A DNA stretch of 39,522 nucleotides from a virus: IMG/VR virus record IMGVR_UViG_3300028675_000001, positions 1 through 39,522 of that record. The stretch is one strand, 5' to 3'. The position numbers and the translations under genes were made by a program. The notes below the pieces were generated by a model, which was not told the origin of the DNA, ran no database searches, and was given only the letters and a program-made list of their open reading frames with translations. Shown here piece by piece: positions 1-9,571 of this stretch; the stretch's first letter is position 1; each line of letters opens with the position of its first letter.

Positions 1-127
1 ATGCAAAATTATTAGCTGAACATTTAGCTAATTTAATTGATAGTCCTGCATCAATTTCTCCATTTATGGGGGCAACATTTGGTAAGTTAGCTTATATACA
101 GAGTTGGTTTCCTTATGTGGTAGCACC
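1..127. repeat. Terminal direct repeat, identical to 39396-39522 (circular-closure overlap)
   Basis: Read directly. Both copies spell atgcaaaattattagctgaacatttagc...ggtttccttatgtggtagcacc. This implies a 39,395-bp unit. Confidence 0.95.
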
Positions 128-1388
128 GTTTCAAGTAGCCCTTCAATCATTTGCTAAAAGTTTTACTTCTCCTAAATATGCTATGAATTTTTTTAAACAT
201 TTAGTGATTGGTTCAACAATTTTACCAGCTACTATTACACAATTTAGTGGAGCAGTAGATACAATTAACAATACATATGAAGGTTTATCAACAGTTTATC
301 ATACAATAGCTTCAATTCTTACAGGTAATCCTGAACCAATACAATCATATTTAGAAAAACAAGAACCAACATTTGCTCAATTATGGAAAAGTTTAATTAG
401 TAATTTAACTAACATACCGAGAGATGAATTAAATGGTAGATTGTTCCATGATTTGGGTTTAGTTTTAGCTTTACATGGTGATAATGTGGCATGGCAATAT
501 ATTAAAACGGGACTTGATTTTTTAGAAAAGCATATAGATTTAGCAAATAAGAATTTATTTTCTCCTGGTTCTGTTAGCACATCTTTTGAAGTAACTATGC
601 CATTAATAAACACAGCAGTAAAATTACTTACAAATTTAACAGTTTATGAAAAAGAGCAACCACAGCAAGCAGGAAGAGCCTTATTAGAAACTTTAATGCA
701 AACTATACCGATTGCTAAGAATATCAAATCAGGCATTTTAAGTGAGCTAACTCAATATGGTAGGGTAAGTGATAATAGTGTGTTGAAATATTTTGATGAT
801 GAAGATTTAGCGAAAGCGACAGGTCTTGGATATTTTCTTGGAGTAATGGTTAAACATCCTATAACGGTAGCGAAGATATTTGATACGATGTTTCTTGGTG
901 GGTTTGGTGAGGCTGTAGGTCGTGTGCTAACTGGTGAAGAGAAACGAGTTCTATTTCTTCCTAAGGTTACTGATTCTAAGAGTTATAAATTAAAAATTTT
1001 AGGTAATGAAGAATTTGTATTGCAATCTTTACGGCAAATTGAAGATCCGTATACAACGAAAAATGTTCTTCTACGATTTGCTAATGTGATGGATAATTAT
1101 TTTGATGAAAAAAAAGCTAAAAAAACAGATAGGACACCAGAAGAAGAAATCAATATGTTCAAAAGCTATTTAACTTTTTTAACTTATGACCCAAACATCT
1201 TAGATGATACGGAACTCAAATATATGGTTGAAGTAGCAAACAAATCTGCTCATTATTTTAAGGTTAAATATGGTTTGGAAGAAAAAGATTTACAACAATT
1301 TTTAGCCAAAGCTCTGGATGAACTTAAGATAAGAACTAAGCTTAGAGGACGGACGCTTCCCCCTGAAAAGGGATCTCAGGCTTCTTAA
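3..1388 (+). CDS. C-terminal 461 codons of a 1,428-aa virion protein (tape-measure or ejection-protein-like). The ORF starts at 36497 and crosses the circular junction.
   Basis: The frame is open from base 3 (gca aaa tta tta gct...). The track ORF 66..1388 is only its internal-Met tail. The same frame is continuous with 36497..39522 through the 127-bp overlap. Confidence 0.8.
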   Translation, partial: AKLLAEHLANLIDSPASISPFMGATFGKLAYIQSWFPYVVAPFQVALQSFAKSFTSPKYAMNFFKHLVIGSTILPATITQFSGAVDTINNTYEGLSTVYHTIASILTGNPEPIQSYLEKQEPTFAQLWKSLISNLTNIPRDELNGRLFHDLGLVLALHGDNVAWQYIKTGLDFLEKHIDLANKNLFSPGSVSTSFEVTMPLINTAVKLLTNLTVYEKEQPQQAGRALLETLMQTIPIAKNIKSGILSELTQYGRVSDNSVLKYFDDEDLAKATGLGYFLGVMVKHPITVAKIFDTMFLGGFGEAVGRVLTGEEKRVLFLPKVTDSKSYKLKILGNEEFVLQSLRQIEDPYTTKNVLLRFANVMDNYFDEKKAKKTDRTPEEEINMFKSYLTFLTYDPNILDDTELKYMVEVANKSAHYFKVKYGLEEKDLQQFLAKALDELKIRTKLRGRTLPPEKGSQAS

Positions 1389-2937
1389 ATAAATAATTCC
1401 ACATTTCAGTTCCTGCTTCATCTAAAGCTTTGATATATTCTTGGGCTTCTTCTTGGTTATCGCATTCTATTTGTATTTCATCGTGGATAAGGTTAACTAT
1501 TTTTGCATTTGGATATTTTTTTGTAAATAAAACTACAGTTCCTTTGAGTAATTCAGCTCCTGTGCCTTGTATTGGAAAGTTTAATGCAATATTTAGATGT
1601 TCAGTATAACGGTTTCTTCGTAGGACTGTGCTAACAGGAATGAGACCATTTTTAAGAGTATTTATAGTTGATTGGATATGTTCAGAAACTCTTCGATGAT
1701 AGGACATCCATTTAGCTCTTAAAAATTTAGTTTCTTCATAGGTCAAAAGGATATTTGCTTCGTATAAAAGTTCTTGTAATGTTTGAACTGAAGCTCCGTA
1801 AATCAAGGCAAAATTAAATTGTTTAGCAATATGTCGTTCTTGTTTGGAAATTTGGTCAATTGGTTTATCAAAGAGGAATGATGCTGTCTTGCTATGAAGA
1901 TCTTCTCCATTTCTATAAGCTGTAATAAAAGTTGGTATGTAATACATTTGTCCTGCTAATCTTAATTCTATTTGAGAAAAATCATATTTTAGAAATGGGC
2001 TCTTATAAAAAAGATACCGCAAATGCCTTGGAATATTAAGTAAATTAGAATTTGAACAAGAAAGTCTTCCAGTAATAGCTCCGCAGATATCATAATGACC
2101 ATACAATCGCCCAGATGATCCTTTATTTATCCATTCTTCTAAATAAGAGATTTCATCTTGTTGTTTTTTGAGGGATAAAATATCATGGATACATTGTTTT
2201 AGTTTTTCATCTTTTGTAGTAAAAAAGTGATAAAGTAAAGTTTGTTTTTGAGCATCGGGAAGATTAAGTTTTGTTTTAACTTGTGTAGGTGAAAAGGGAT
2301 TGAATTGATAAGTCCTCTGGAAAGCCATTAAATTTTGATTGAAAATAGGTTTCTTTTCTCGTAATAATTTAGATACTTCTTCAATATTAATTGGAACACC
2401 TCGTTTTTGTATTTGTAAGAGCCTAATTAAGAAAGCTTTATCTAAAAGATATACGGGCTTAAATTTCTCATGTTTGGCAATCGTGTGTTGATAAAGTAAA
2501 TCAGTAGCATTTAAATCTTCAGTCAAATAATCTTTCAATCGGTTATCTAATAATTTAATACCTTTTTCAAGGTCTTTGCGAATTTTATTCTTATCAGACT
2601 TGTATTCGTATAATTTGAAAAATTTACACAAATTTTCTAATCCAAATGCTCCTCGCTCAGGTTTTTCTATCTTATATTCAACTTGATAAGCTTTCATAAA
2701 AAGGTATGTATCATCAAAACAATCCCTACTCGGTGGAATAAAATCAAGCACAGAAAAATCATAAAACAAATTATGTCCCACAATCACATATCCATTGTTT
2801 ATCAAATCATTTAAAAAATCTTTAAGCTTATTTATATCTTCAAAAAATAAAATCTTTCCATCTACTTTAATACCACCAAGTAATAATTTACCATATAAAC
2901 CTTGGGTCTCGGTATCAAGCACAGCTATTCTTTTCAT
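1342..2937 (-). CDS. polA: Family-A DNA polymerase with a 3'-5' exonuclease domain and no 5'-nuclease domain
   Basis: Exo motifs: IAVLDTETQGL, GHNLFYDFSVL, YLTEDLNATDLLY. Pol motif A is YDFSQIELRLAG, motif B is RHIAKQFNFALIYGAS, motif C is LIHDEIQIE. The likely true start is MKRIAVLD at 2937, with GGAG 8 nt upstream, rather than the track start at 3048. Confidence 0.9.
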   Translation of the reverse strand: MKRIAVLDTETQGLYGKLLLGGIKVDGKILFFEDINKLKDFLNDLINNGYVIVGHNLFYDFSVLDFIPPSRDCFDDTYLFMKAYQVEYKIEKPERGAFGLENLCKFFKLYEYKSDKNKIRKDLEKGIKLLDNRLKDYLTEDLNATDLLYQHTIAKHEKFKPVYLLDKAFLIRLLQIQKRGVPINIEEVSKLLREKKPIFNQNLMAFQRTYQFNPFSPTQVKTKLNLPDAQKQTLLYHFFTTKDEKLKQCIHDILSLKKQQDEISYLEEWINKGSSGRLYGHYDICGAITGRLSCSNSNLLNIPRHLRYLFYKSPFLKYDFSQIELRLAGQMYYIPTFITAYRNGEDLHSKTASFLFDKPIDQISKQERHIAKQFNFALIYGASVQTLQELLYEANILLTYEETKFLRAKWMSYHRRVSEHIQSTINTLKNGLIPVSTVLRRNRYTEHLNIALNFPIQGTGAELLKGTVVLFTKKYPNAKIVNLIHDEIQIECDNQEEAQEYIKALDEAGTEMWNYLFKKPEIPFQGEASVL

Positions 2938-3109
2938 TTTGTTTCTCCTTTGGTTGAAAGTTTTCACAAATAGGTAATAAAGGATGTATTTCTTGTCTAT
3001 CATCTTCAAAAGTGCATCGCCAATCAAAACTTTTAATTTTCTTAGCAAATTTACAATCCTTACACTTCTTACCCGAAGCTATCATCTGAGCTAATTCTTG
3101 TAGGGTCAT
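2915..3109 (-). CDS. Small Cys-rich (zinc-finger-like) protein
   Basis: 64-aa ORF with a GGAGGG SD 5 nt upstream. Contains CKDC plus two further Cys. Its 3' end overlaps the polA start. Confidence 0.5.
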   Translation of the reverse strand: MTLQELAQMIASGKKCKDCKFAKKIKSFDWRCTFEDDRQEIHPLLPICENFQPKEKQNEKNSCA

Positions 3110-3119
3110 TTTATCCCTC

Positions 3120-6002
3120 CTATTGCCATTTGTCAGCTATTTCATCTAATTCTTGTGTGTGTATTTCGCTAAATTCCTGTTTAATTATGTCTCTAAAATC
3201 ATATCCAGCTAATTGTAGATACTGTAAAAATTTCTGAAATTCTTTTGGAAATTGAGTGATAAAATTGTTAATCGTGTCCTTATGATATGGGTCTTGTAAA
3301 ATAAATTTCATAGGATTACCTTTAACAATAACAAGCCAAAATGGATTTAAGTTCGGTTGTGATACCCAATTCCTTCTGTAAATCTTAGTCAAAAAATTGT
3401 AAAATAAATGTAATTCTACATTATAAAGTGTTGTATGCTCCAGCATAATTACTCTATCTATATTTTTATCGCCTTGATACTTAATTGTGGAGAGCATATC
3501 GTTAAATGTAATGAATTCAACCTCTTTATCAAAAATACACGGTTCAATCACCACATAATCTCTAAACTTAGGTGCTACCAAAATATGCAAAATTTGTTTA
3601 AAATAAAAGTCAGCTTTCTCTTTATCGTAAAGTTTATGTAATATAAATTCAAGTGAGAATAAAGTTTTAAGTAAAGGGTCATAATCATAAACAGCATAAT
3701 CTACTTGTTTGTATATTCCTTGTTGGATTAATTTAGCAAGCTCTTCTTCATATGGTTGAAAAATCTCTTGATAAAGTTCTAAACCCCAACCCCAATTGTC
3801 AGCTAAATGAATGATGTATTCTCTATAAAAATTTTCTATTTTATCAATATAAGATGGATCTCTATAGCCAATATTAAATGTAATTAATCTTCGCCACATT
3901 CCTTCAATGGTAATAAAAGGCACATAATATTTTGTTTCCATTGTAAATACTGCAGGCATAATCATCTCTGTTGCTCGGGAAAAATAAATGTTTGCTTTAC
4001 TTATTCTTCTATTTGCTAAATCATGAACTAATTGCTTCATATATTTGATATCTCGGTCATCATTTACAATAAAATCATCACCTACAAAAGGTGTTCTAAA
4101 AAAAGGAACTCGTCTATTCATATAAGCAACTGATATATCATCAGCATGTAAAGTAAAAAAGTGCTCAGGTTTTCTAAAGAAAAGATTATACAAACGCAAA
4201 ACAGATGTCTTACCACAACCCGTAGAACCAATCAAAACAAAAATAGGGTTCATACTAAAACAATCATAACGACGCAAATAAAAAATTGAAAACAATCCTA
4301 TCCAACAAGCAAGCTTAAAAATAAAATACTCATCAGGTAATTTGTATAAAATTTGATTAATTATCTGTTTAAAAACTTGATAACTACCGCTTGTTTCGGT
4401 ATAAAAATTTGAAAATGGGTGGTCTTCTATGGAAGCAGTAATAAAATTCTTCAATCGTATAATGGGTCGAGGTTCAGAATAATACTTAAACCCCAACATG
4501 TCTGGCTCAATAATTGTAGGAATTTCTCTATAAAAGAAAGTAAGAATATCTTTGTATCTTTTTTTATCTGAAACTGATAGCATTTCAGCTTCTTTAAATC
4601 CTTTCTCAAAACTCATTTGGACAATAAACTCATCTATCTTATTTGACCCAGCCACTATTATCTTAGCTTTACTAACACTCTCTCCTTCAATTTTATTGAT
4701 TGCAAACCACACAGGATAAAAGAACCTACAAACATATTTTAACTCTAACCCATCTGCCTGTTCACCTTTCTTAATAGGAATTCTGCAAAAATACATTTTA
4801 TCTACAACCTCAAAATCATCTGGTAAAGAGAACGTTGGAAGTATTGGAAGAGTTACTTTATTAAATTTTGGACATGTTTGCGGACAACCAAACTCACGAT
4901 TAAATCTACGGCACGACCAAAATACTAAAGGAAAATTCTTACTAACAAACCAATCAAAAAATTTCTTTGTCTTCTCTCTTGTTTTATTTGGTGGCTCCTT
5001 CTTGTATAAACTCGCATTATCTAAAAGCTCATGTAAAACCTTTCCCCGTTCTTCTTCATTTTTAGCAAAATATTGATAAAGTAAATAATAATACCATATA
5101 GCAATTTTCCATTCTATAAAACTATGTATATCCCAAGAATTTAAAATATTATTCAATACAGGACAAAATGTCTCAGTATACTTTTTAACTGATTTAACAT
5201 CATATAAAGCATAATATAAAGTTGTTGAATAATCATTTTCAAAATCAACTTGATTGTGCAAAATATTAGTTAATTCTTCATCTGAGGATTTATCATCAAT
5301 CACAATAACCTTAGAATACAAATCCCAAAAACTTTCATACCATGTTCCTTCATAAATCACCATACCATCGGCTCGAGTATAAAATCCCTCAAGAGGTATC
5401 AATTTATCTAAATGCACATGGGGTAATTCTTTTTCTATTAATTGTTTAATCTGATTAAAAAATGTAGATAAAAACATATGAAAGGTTGAAAATAAAACAT
5501 TATCTTCCTTAATTAAATATTTCTTGCTAAGCCAAAGAAAATGATATCCTTTTGTAGTTTTAATCACATAAGTCGGTATATAATTATGTTTGTTTAATAT
5601 CTCAATAATTTGATTACAATCTTGCTCAGTTATATCATCAATATCTATGACCATTAGAAAAAATGTATCTTCAAGAGTTGATTTTGATGGATAATCAGTA
5701 TAAAAACCTGTTGATATTCTAAGCTTTATATTTCGTGGTTTAAGTTTGCGTTTTGTAAAGAAGGACAATAAATAATTCAAATAGTGATTATACAAATTTG
5801 GTTTGGGGGCTTGGAAAATTCTCTTTTCACCATTTGTCGTTTCAATAAACAAATAAACATTCGCAAAATCTGATTGATATCTTTGGTATTGGTCAAATAT
5901 TTTAGCTAATAAGATGTTCTCATTTATAAAAATTGTATCTTGGAAAAATTCTATCGTTTGACTTAATATTGCATCTGTAATCTCTTGAAAATTCTCATTC
6001 AT
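3120..6002 (-). CDS. Primase-polymerase (AEP-like) fused to a P-loop helicase (D5/SF3-like)
   Basis: The N-terminal half has MVIDIDD (DxD) and GYHFLW (His motif). The C-terminal half has Walker A LIGSTGCGKTS and Walker-B-like FVGDDF. 960 aa, next to polA. Confidence 0.7.
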   Translation of the reverse strand: MNENFQEITDAILSQTIEFFQDTIFINENILLAKIFDQYQRYQSDFANVYLFIETTNGEKRIFQAPKPNLYNHYLNYLLSFFTKRKLKPRNIKLRISTGFYTDYPSKSTLEDTFFLMVIDIDDITEQDCNQIIEILNKHNYIPTYVIKTTKGYHFLWLSKKYLIKEDNVLFSTFHMFLSTFFNQIKQLIEKELPHVHLDKLIPLEGFYTRADGMVIYEGTWYESFWDLYSKVIVIDDKSSDEELTNILHNQVDFENDYSTTLYYALYDVKSVKKYTETFCPVLNNILNSWDIHSFIEWKIAIWYYYLLYQYFAKNEEERGKVLHELLDNASLYKKEPPNKTREKTKKFFDWFVSKNFPLVFWSCRRFNREFGCPQTCPKFNKVTLPILPTFSLPDDFEVVDKMYFCRIPIKKGEQADGLELKYVCRFFYPVWFAINKIEGESVSKAKIIVAGSNKIDEFIVQMSFEKGFKEAEMLSVSDKKRYKDILTFFYREIPTIIEPDMLGFKYYSEPRPIIRLKNFITASIEDHPFSNFYTETSGSYQVFKQIINQILYKLPDEYFIFKLACWIGLFSIFYLRRYDCFSMNPIFVLIGSTGCGKTSVLRLYNLFFRKPEHFFTLHADDISVAYMNRRVPFFRTPFVGDDFIVNDDRDIKYMKQLVHDLANRRISKANIYFSRATEMIMPAVFTMETKYYVPFITIEGMWRRLITFNIGYRDPSYIDKIENFYREYIIHLADNWGWGLELYQEIFQPYEEELAKLIQQGIYKQVDYAVYDYDPLLKTLFSLEFILHKLYDKEKADFYFKQILHILVAPKFRDYVVIEPCIFDKEVEFITFNDMLSTIKYQGDKNIDRVIMLEHTTLYNVELHLFYNFLTKIYRRNWVSQPNLNPFWLVIVKGNPMKFILQDPYHKDTINNFITQFPKEFQKFLQYLQLAGYDFRDIIKQEFSEIHTQELDEIADKWQ

Positions 6003-7158
6003 CGCTCAAACTCCCTTTTCTTTTTAATTCCTCTAATACATCACCCTTTCGCTTAAGTATTTTCCAAACCTTTGGGTCTATCCCTCGCTTATCAATTAAC
6101 CTCTGTAAATAAACTTTATCTTCTTGCCCATACCGCCAAACACGAGATAATGCTTGCTCATATACCCGCCATGCTAACGGTAAACAAAGAAAAATCACAT
6201 TCTTATAATTAGTTAAACTTATCCCTTCCGAAATACAATAAGTAGCAAGAATTGGCTTAGTTCCTTCCTTTAATGCATCATCTAAATCTTTTTTGTCTTG
6301 CCCTGTTAAAAAATAAACATTCTTTCTACCAAGATTTTTTACTATCAAATTCAATGGCTCAATAAAATAACTAAACACTACAGTCTGCGGATTATCATTT
6401 ATAAAATCAATCACATAATCAATTTTATCCTTAAGCAATGCACTTTTCCGATATTCATACATAAATGCTTGTAAAATATTATCGCCATTAATTTGTTTAT
6501 TATCTGATTTAATTAAATATCGTCCCGATGTAAACCATTTTTCATCTTCTATCAAACTGGGTAAGTCTACAATATCTGCACGCTTCACAAAATCAACATA
6601 CGGAAAAACATATCGCTCTAAAAACTTTTCTTTGACCCCAGGTAAAAAATCAATAATGTAATAAAACATCCCATCAATCCGAAAAAATGTATTTTTATAT
6701 TGATTAAACGATAATTCATTAAATGGATGATCTGGTCGTAAAATTCTCAATTGTGAATAATAATCTTCAGGTTTCTCAAATGGTGTCCCGCTTAACATAA
6801 CTTTATAGGTTTTTGTAAAAACCTTCATAACAAGCTTTGTAATCTGTGCTTTAATACTCTTTAACTTGTGTGCTTCATCAAAAATAATCAAATTCCAAAA
6901 AGCTTTCTTTAATATCTTAGAATAATGCAATCGGAAACTATCATAACTCACAATCTCAAAATTATTTAACCTTATACCCCACTTCTCTATTTCTTGATAC
7001 CATACTTGCTTGACCGATGCAGGACACATAATAAGCACATTCCAAAAATTCTCAGCTATTTTTAGCGCCGTTAAAGTTTTACCAGTTCCCGTTTCCCAAG
7101 CTAAATAAGAATATCCATTAAATTGTTCGACTGCCCTCTGCTGATGCGGTAATAACAT
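5995..7158 (-). CDS. SNF2/SF2-family helicase
   Basis: Motif I is ETGTGKTLTA, motif II is FDEAHKLK, motif III is LSGTPFE, motif VI is QALSRVWRYGQ. Confidence 0.85.
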   Translation of the reverse strand: MLLPHQQRAVEQFNGYSYLAWETGTGKTLTALKIAENFWNVLIMCPASVKQVWYQEIEKWGIRLNNFEIVSYDSFRLHYSKILKKAFWNLIIFDEAHKLKSIKAQITKLVMKVFTKTYKVMLSGTPFEKPEDYYSQLRILRPDHPFNELSFNQYKNTFFRIDGMFYYIIDFLPGVKEKFLERYVFPYVDFVKRADIVDLPSLIEDEKWFTSGRYLIKSDNKQINGDNILQAFMYEYRKSALLKDKIDYVIDFINDNPQTVVFSYFIEPLNLIVKNLGRKNVYFLTGQDKKDLDDALKEGTKPILATYCISEGISLTNYKNVIFLCLPLAWRVYEQALSRVWRYGQEDKVYLQRLIDKRGIDPKVWKILKRKGDVLEELKRKGSLSDE

Positions 7159-7358
7159 TATTTATCGCTTTTCATTTCTTCAAGTAAACTATACAAATCC
7201 TCAGCAAGCTTTTCCAAATCTAATTCCCCCGTCTCTTCATACCTCTCTAAATGCTCACATATCTTACAATAAGCACTAATTAACCACTCCCCTAATTTTT
7301 TCTTGCTTAATTCTTCAATTGCTTGGTCTAATAAATCAGCTATTATTACACTAAACAT
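7158..7358 (-). CDS. Hypothetical acidic protein
   Basis: 66-aa ORF with a GGAGGTG SD upstream. Its stop overlaps the start of the next gene. Confidence 0.55.
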   Translation of the reverse strand: MFSVIIADLLDQAIEELSKKKLGEWLISAYCKICEHLERYEETGELDLEKLAEDLYSLLEEMKSDK

Positions 7359-7368
7359 GCTTCACCTC

Positions 7369-8262
7369 CTATAAGAAAATTTTCTTTACAGGTTTATATT
7401 CAACATATTGCCGTTTGATTTCATCAGGTATATTATAAAATGCTCGTTGATACTCAGTTATCTTAATTATTTTATCACCAATTTTATAAGTTCCCGCATC
7501 CCATTCTTTTAATTCTTCTTTTAACTCTTTTTCCAATTGTTCATATTGTTTAAGCTTTGATTTGATTGCATAATAAATCTCAAGTTTTTTCATAAAATCA
7601 GAACTTACTTCTACCGTTCTAACAGCAATTTTTGCCTCTTCAGGATAACATTGAAAATAAAATGGACAAGCCCTACATAAATCAAATTGCTCAATCGACT
7701 TAGGTAAGGTTCCTTTCTGAAGATGTTCTTTAACATGAATCGCCCTCTCCTTAATCTCTTCAATAACTGCTTCATCCCTTTCCACATCAAAGAAATAATC
7801 TTCCCCAGTTCGCCTATCAATCACATAAAAAATTCCATGTTGCCTTTGTAAGAGTAAAATATAAGCTTGCACTTGGTAATAATATTTCTTTGTTAATTGA
7901 TTGCTTTCATAAATACCAAAACTATCTAATACATATTCATTCGCCGTGCTCTTAATCTCTATGAAATCTCCATTCTCCAATACAACATCTATTACTCCTT
8001 TCATATCGAGCTCTTCATTTATCACAGGCATTTGATAAGCTTTAACTGGAACTACTTTTAGCAATCTTTTTAAAGCAACCTCTTCAAATTCATTTCCTAC
8101 ATCAAAAAACTTCTTGGCTTGCTTAATTGGTAATGGCGTTTGCCTTAAAAGAACTAATCTCCGCTCACAAGGATGCCACAACTCCGTCGGTGGAGTATGT
8201 TGAGGACAATATGTCTCTTGGTCTTTCAATTCAATAAGTTGTTTCAATTCTTGTGCCTTCAT
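7369..8262 (-). CDS. PD-(D/E)XK exonuclease, Cas4/RecB-like, with a Cys cluster
   Basis: Nuclease motifs are IDVV...FIEIKS (D...ExK) and YYYQVQAY (QxxxY). An N-terminal Cys plus the C-terminal CRACPFYFQC match the Cas4-type 4-Cys pattern. A GGAGG SD lies upstream. Confidence 0.75.
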   Translation of the reverse strand: MKAQELKQLIELKDQETYCPQHTPPTELWHPCERRLVLLRQTPLPIKQAKKFFDVGNEFEEVALKRLLKVVPVKAYQMPVINEELDMKGVIDVVLENGDFIEIKSTANEYVLDSFGIYESNQLTKKYYYQVQAYILLLQRQHGIFYVIDRRTGEDYFFDVERDEAVIEEIKERAIHVKEHLQKGTLPKSIEQFDLCRACPFYFQCYPEEAKIAVRTVEVSSDFMKKLEIYYAIKSKLKQYEQLEKELKEELKEWDAGTYKIGDKIIKITEYQRAFYNIPDEIKRQYVEYKPVKKIFL

Positions 8263-8737
8263 CTTTAACCTCCTTCAAAATTTTTGAATTATATATCAAT
8301 TGATATAAAAGAGGTTCCAAGTCTTTCTGAACATAAACCCCAAATGGAGTAAAATAAATAGGCATATCTCTATAACTTAATCTACTTATCATTGAACTAA
8401 ATAATCGTCTCCTAATTTGATTTGTCAAAAACCCACACTTCTCATCAATCCAATCCTTTATAAATAAATAATTTTGCTTCAAATACTTATATTTCCAAAT
8501 ATTATACCACCAAACCAATTCTTTATTGGTTAATTCTTTTACCTCATCTTCCAAATACTTCCGCCACTCATCCCAATCCAAATAAACAATCCCTTTAGTT
8601 CTTAACAATTCAGCCCTCGGAATTTTCAATGCAATAAAACACCCACACCCATAATACTGATATCCAAGCAAATAACCCATATCCAATGCTTTCTTTCTTG
8701 CCCTTTCCCAGGATCTACAACCAAGCTTTGAATACAT
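8231..8737 (-). CDS. Hypothetical protein
   Basis: 168-aa ORF packed in the operon. It has a TAATG overlap with the upstream gene. Confidence 0.55.
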   Translation of the reverse strand: MYSKLGCRSWERARKKALDMGYLLGYQYYGCGCFIALKIPRAELLRTKGIVYLDWDEWRKYLEDEVKELTNKELVWWYNIWKYKYLKQNYLFIKDWIDEKCGFLTNQIRRRLFSSMISRLSYRDMPIYFTPFGVYVQKDLEPLLYQLIYNSKILKEVKDEGTRIETTY

Positions 8738-9204
8738 TATTTCATTACCTCATCAAATGATTTACTTGGTTGCTTCTCAAAAAATTCCTTGATCACCGTA
8801 TTAATCACTGCCCCAAGACATACTTCAGTCGCTCGCTTCATCGCTCTTGTTTCCGCCTTTGTCAATAAATTATGTAGGTTATCAATACCCTTTAGCTCAG
8901 CCCGCTCACAAACTCCTACCCCCTCGCCACGCCTAATAATTCCATTCGGGAATATCACCTCAAGCTCAACTCGCACAAGAGCATAATCCTCAGTTATTTC
9001 TCGCTCAATTATTCTAAAATTATACCCAACAGGCAAACTGCTCAATAGATTAAGAATACCATCTCGTTTTATCTCAACAATTTCTCCGACTTTTGTTTTG
9101 ATTTTAGCAAAATCAGTAGGTTTAAGAACTTGCTTCGCTACTTGAACAATTTTTTCGGCTGTCGCTAATTCCTTTCTTTCTTCAATAATTTGAACATCAG
9201 TCAT
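8737..9204 (-). CDS. Rad52-like single-strand annealing protein
   Basis: GEGVGVCERAE...LLTKAETRAMKRATEVCLG mirrors the Rad52 signature (VGYGVSEG...KEAVTDGLKRAL..FG) as I recall it. It sits next to the Cas4-like exonuclease. A GAGGAGGAG SD lies upstream. Confidence 0.55.
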   Translation of the reverse strand: MTDVQIIEERKELATAEKIVQVAKQVLKPTDFAKIKTKVGEIVEIKRDGILNLLSSLPVGYNFRIIEREITEDYALVRVELEVIFPNGIIRRGEGVGVCERAELKGIDNLHNLLTKAETRAMKRATEVCLGAVINTVIKEFFEKQPSKSFDEVMK

Positions 9205-9571
9205 TTTGCTCCTCCTCTTTCTTTATTTTTTCTAAACATTTATCAATTTCATTTAATAGCTCATCTTTCGTCATCTTCTTCGCTATCACATAATATTCAA
9301 AAACTTCACTTAATAATGTCCCAACAGCATTTTCTTCTCTTATTTTGACTTCAAATCTTGTATCATCATAAAACAAAACACTCTTTGCCAATTCAGACCC
9401 ATACATCGCCTCTAAAAATAAGCATGTCCTATACACTGCTTCCCATTCATATTGACAGTCTTGACTAATAATTGGATAAAATTTTAAAAATCTGTTCTTC
9501 CAATTTTCAACTAATTTCTCAAAATCATTATGATCCACAACTTCATATAAATTCTTCAATTCTCTAAGCAT
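9197..9571 (-). CDS. Hypothetical protein
   Basis: 124-aa ORF with the SD TAAGGAGGGG upstream. Confidence 0.55.
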   Translation of the reverse strand: MLRELKNLYEVVDHNDFEKLVENWKNRFLKFYPIISQDCQYEWEAVYRTCLFLEAMYGSELAKSVLFYDDTRFEVKIREENAVGTLLSEVFEYYVIAKKMTKDELLNEIDKCLEKIKKEEEQND

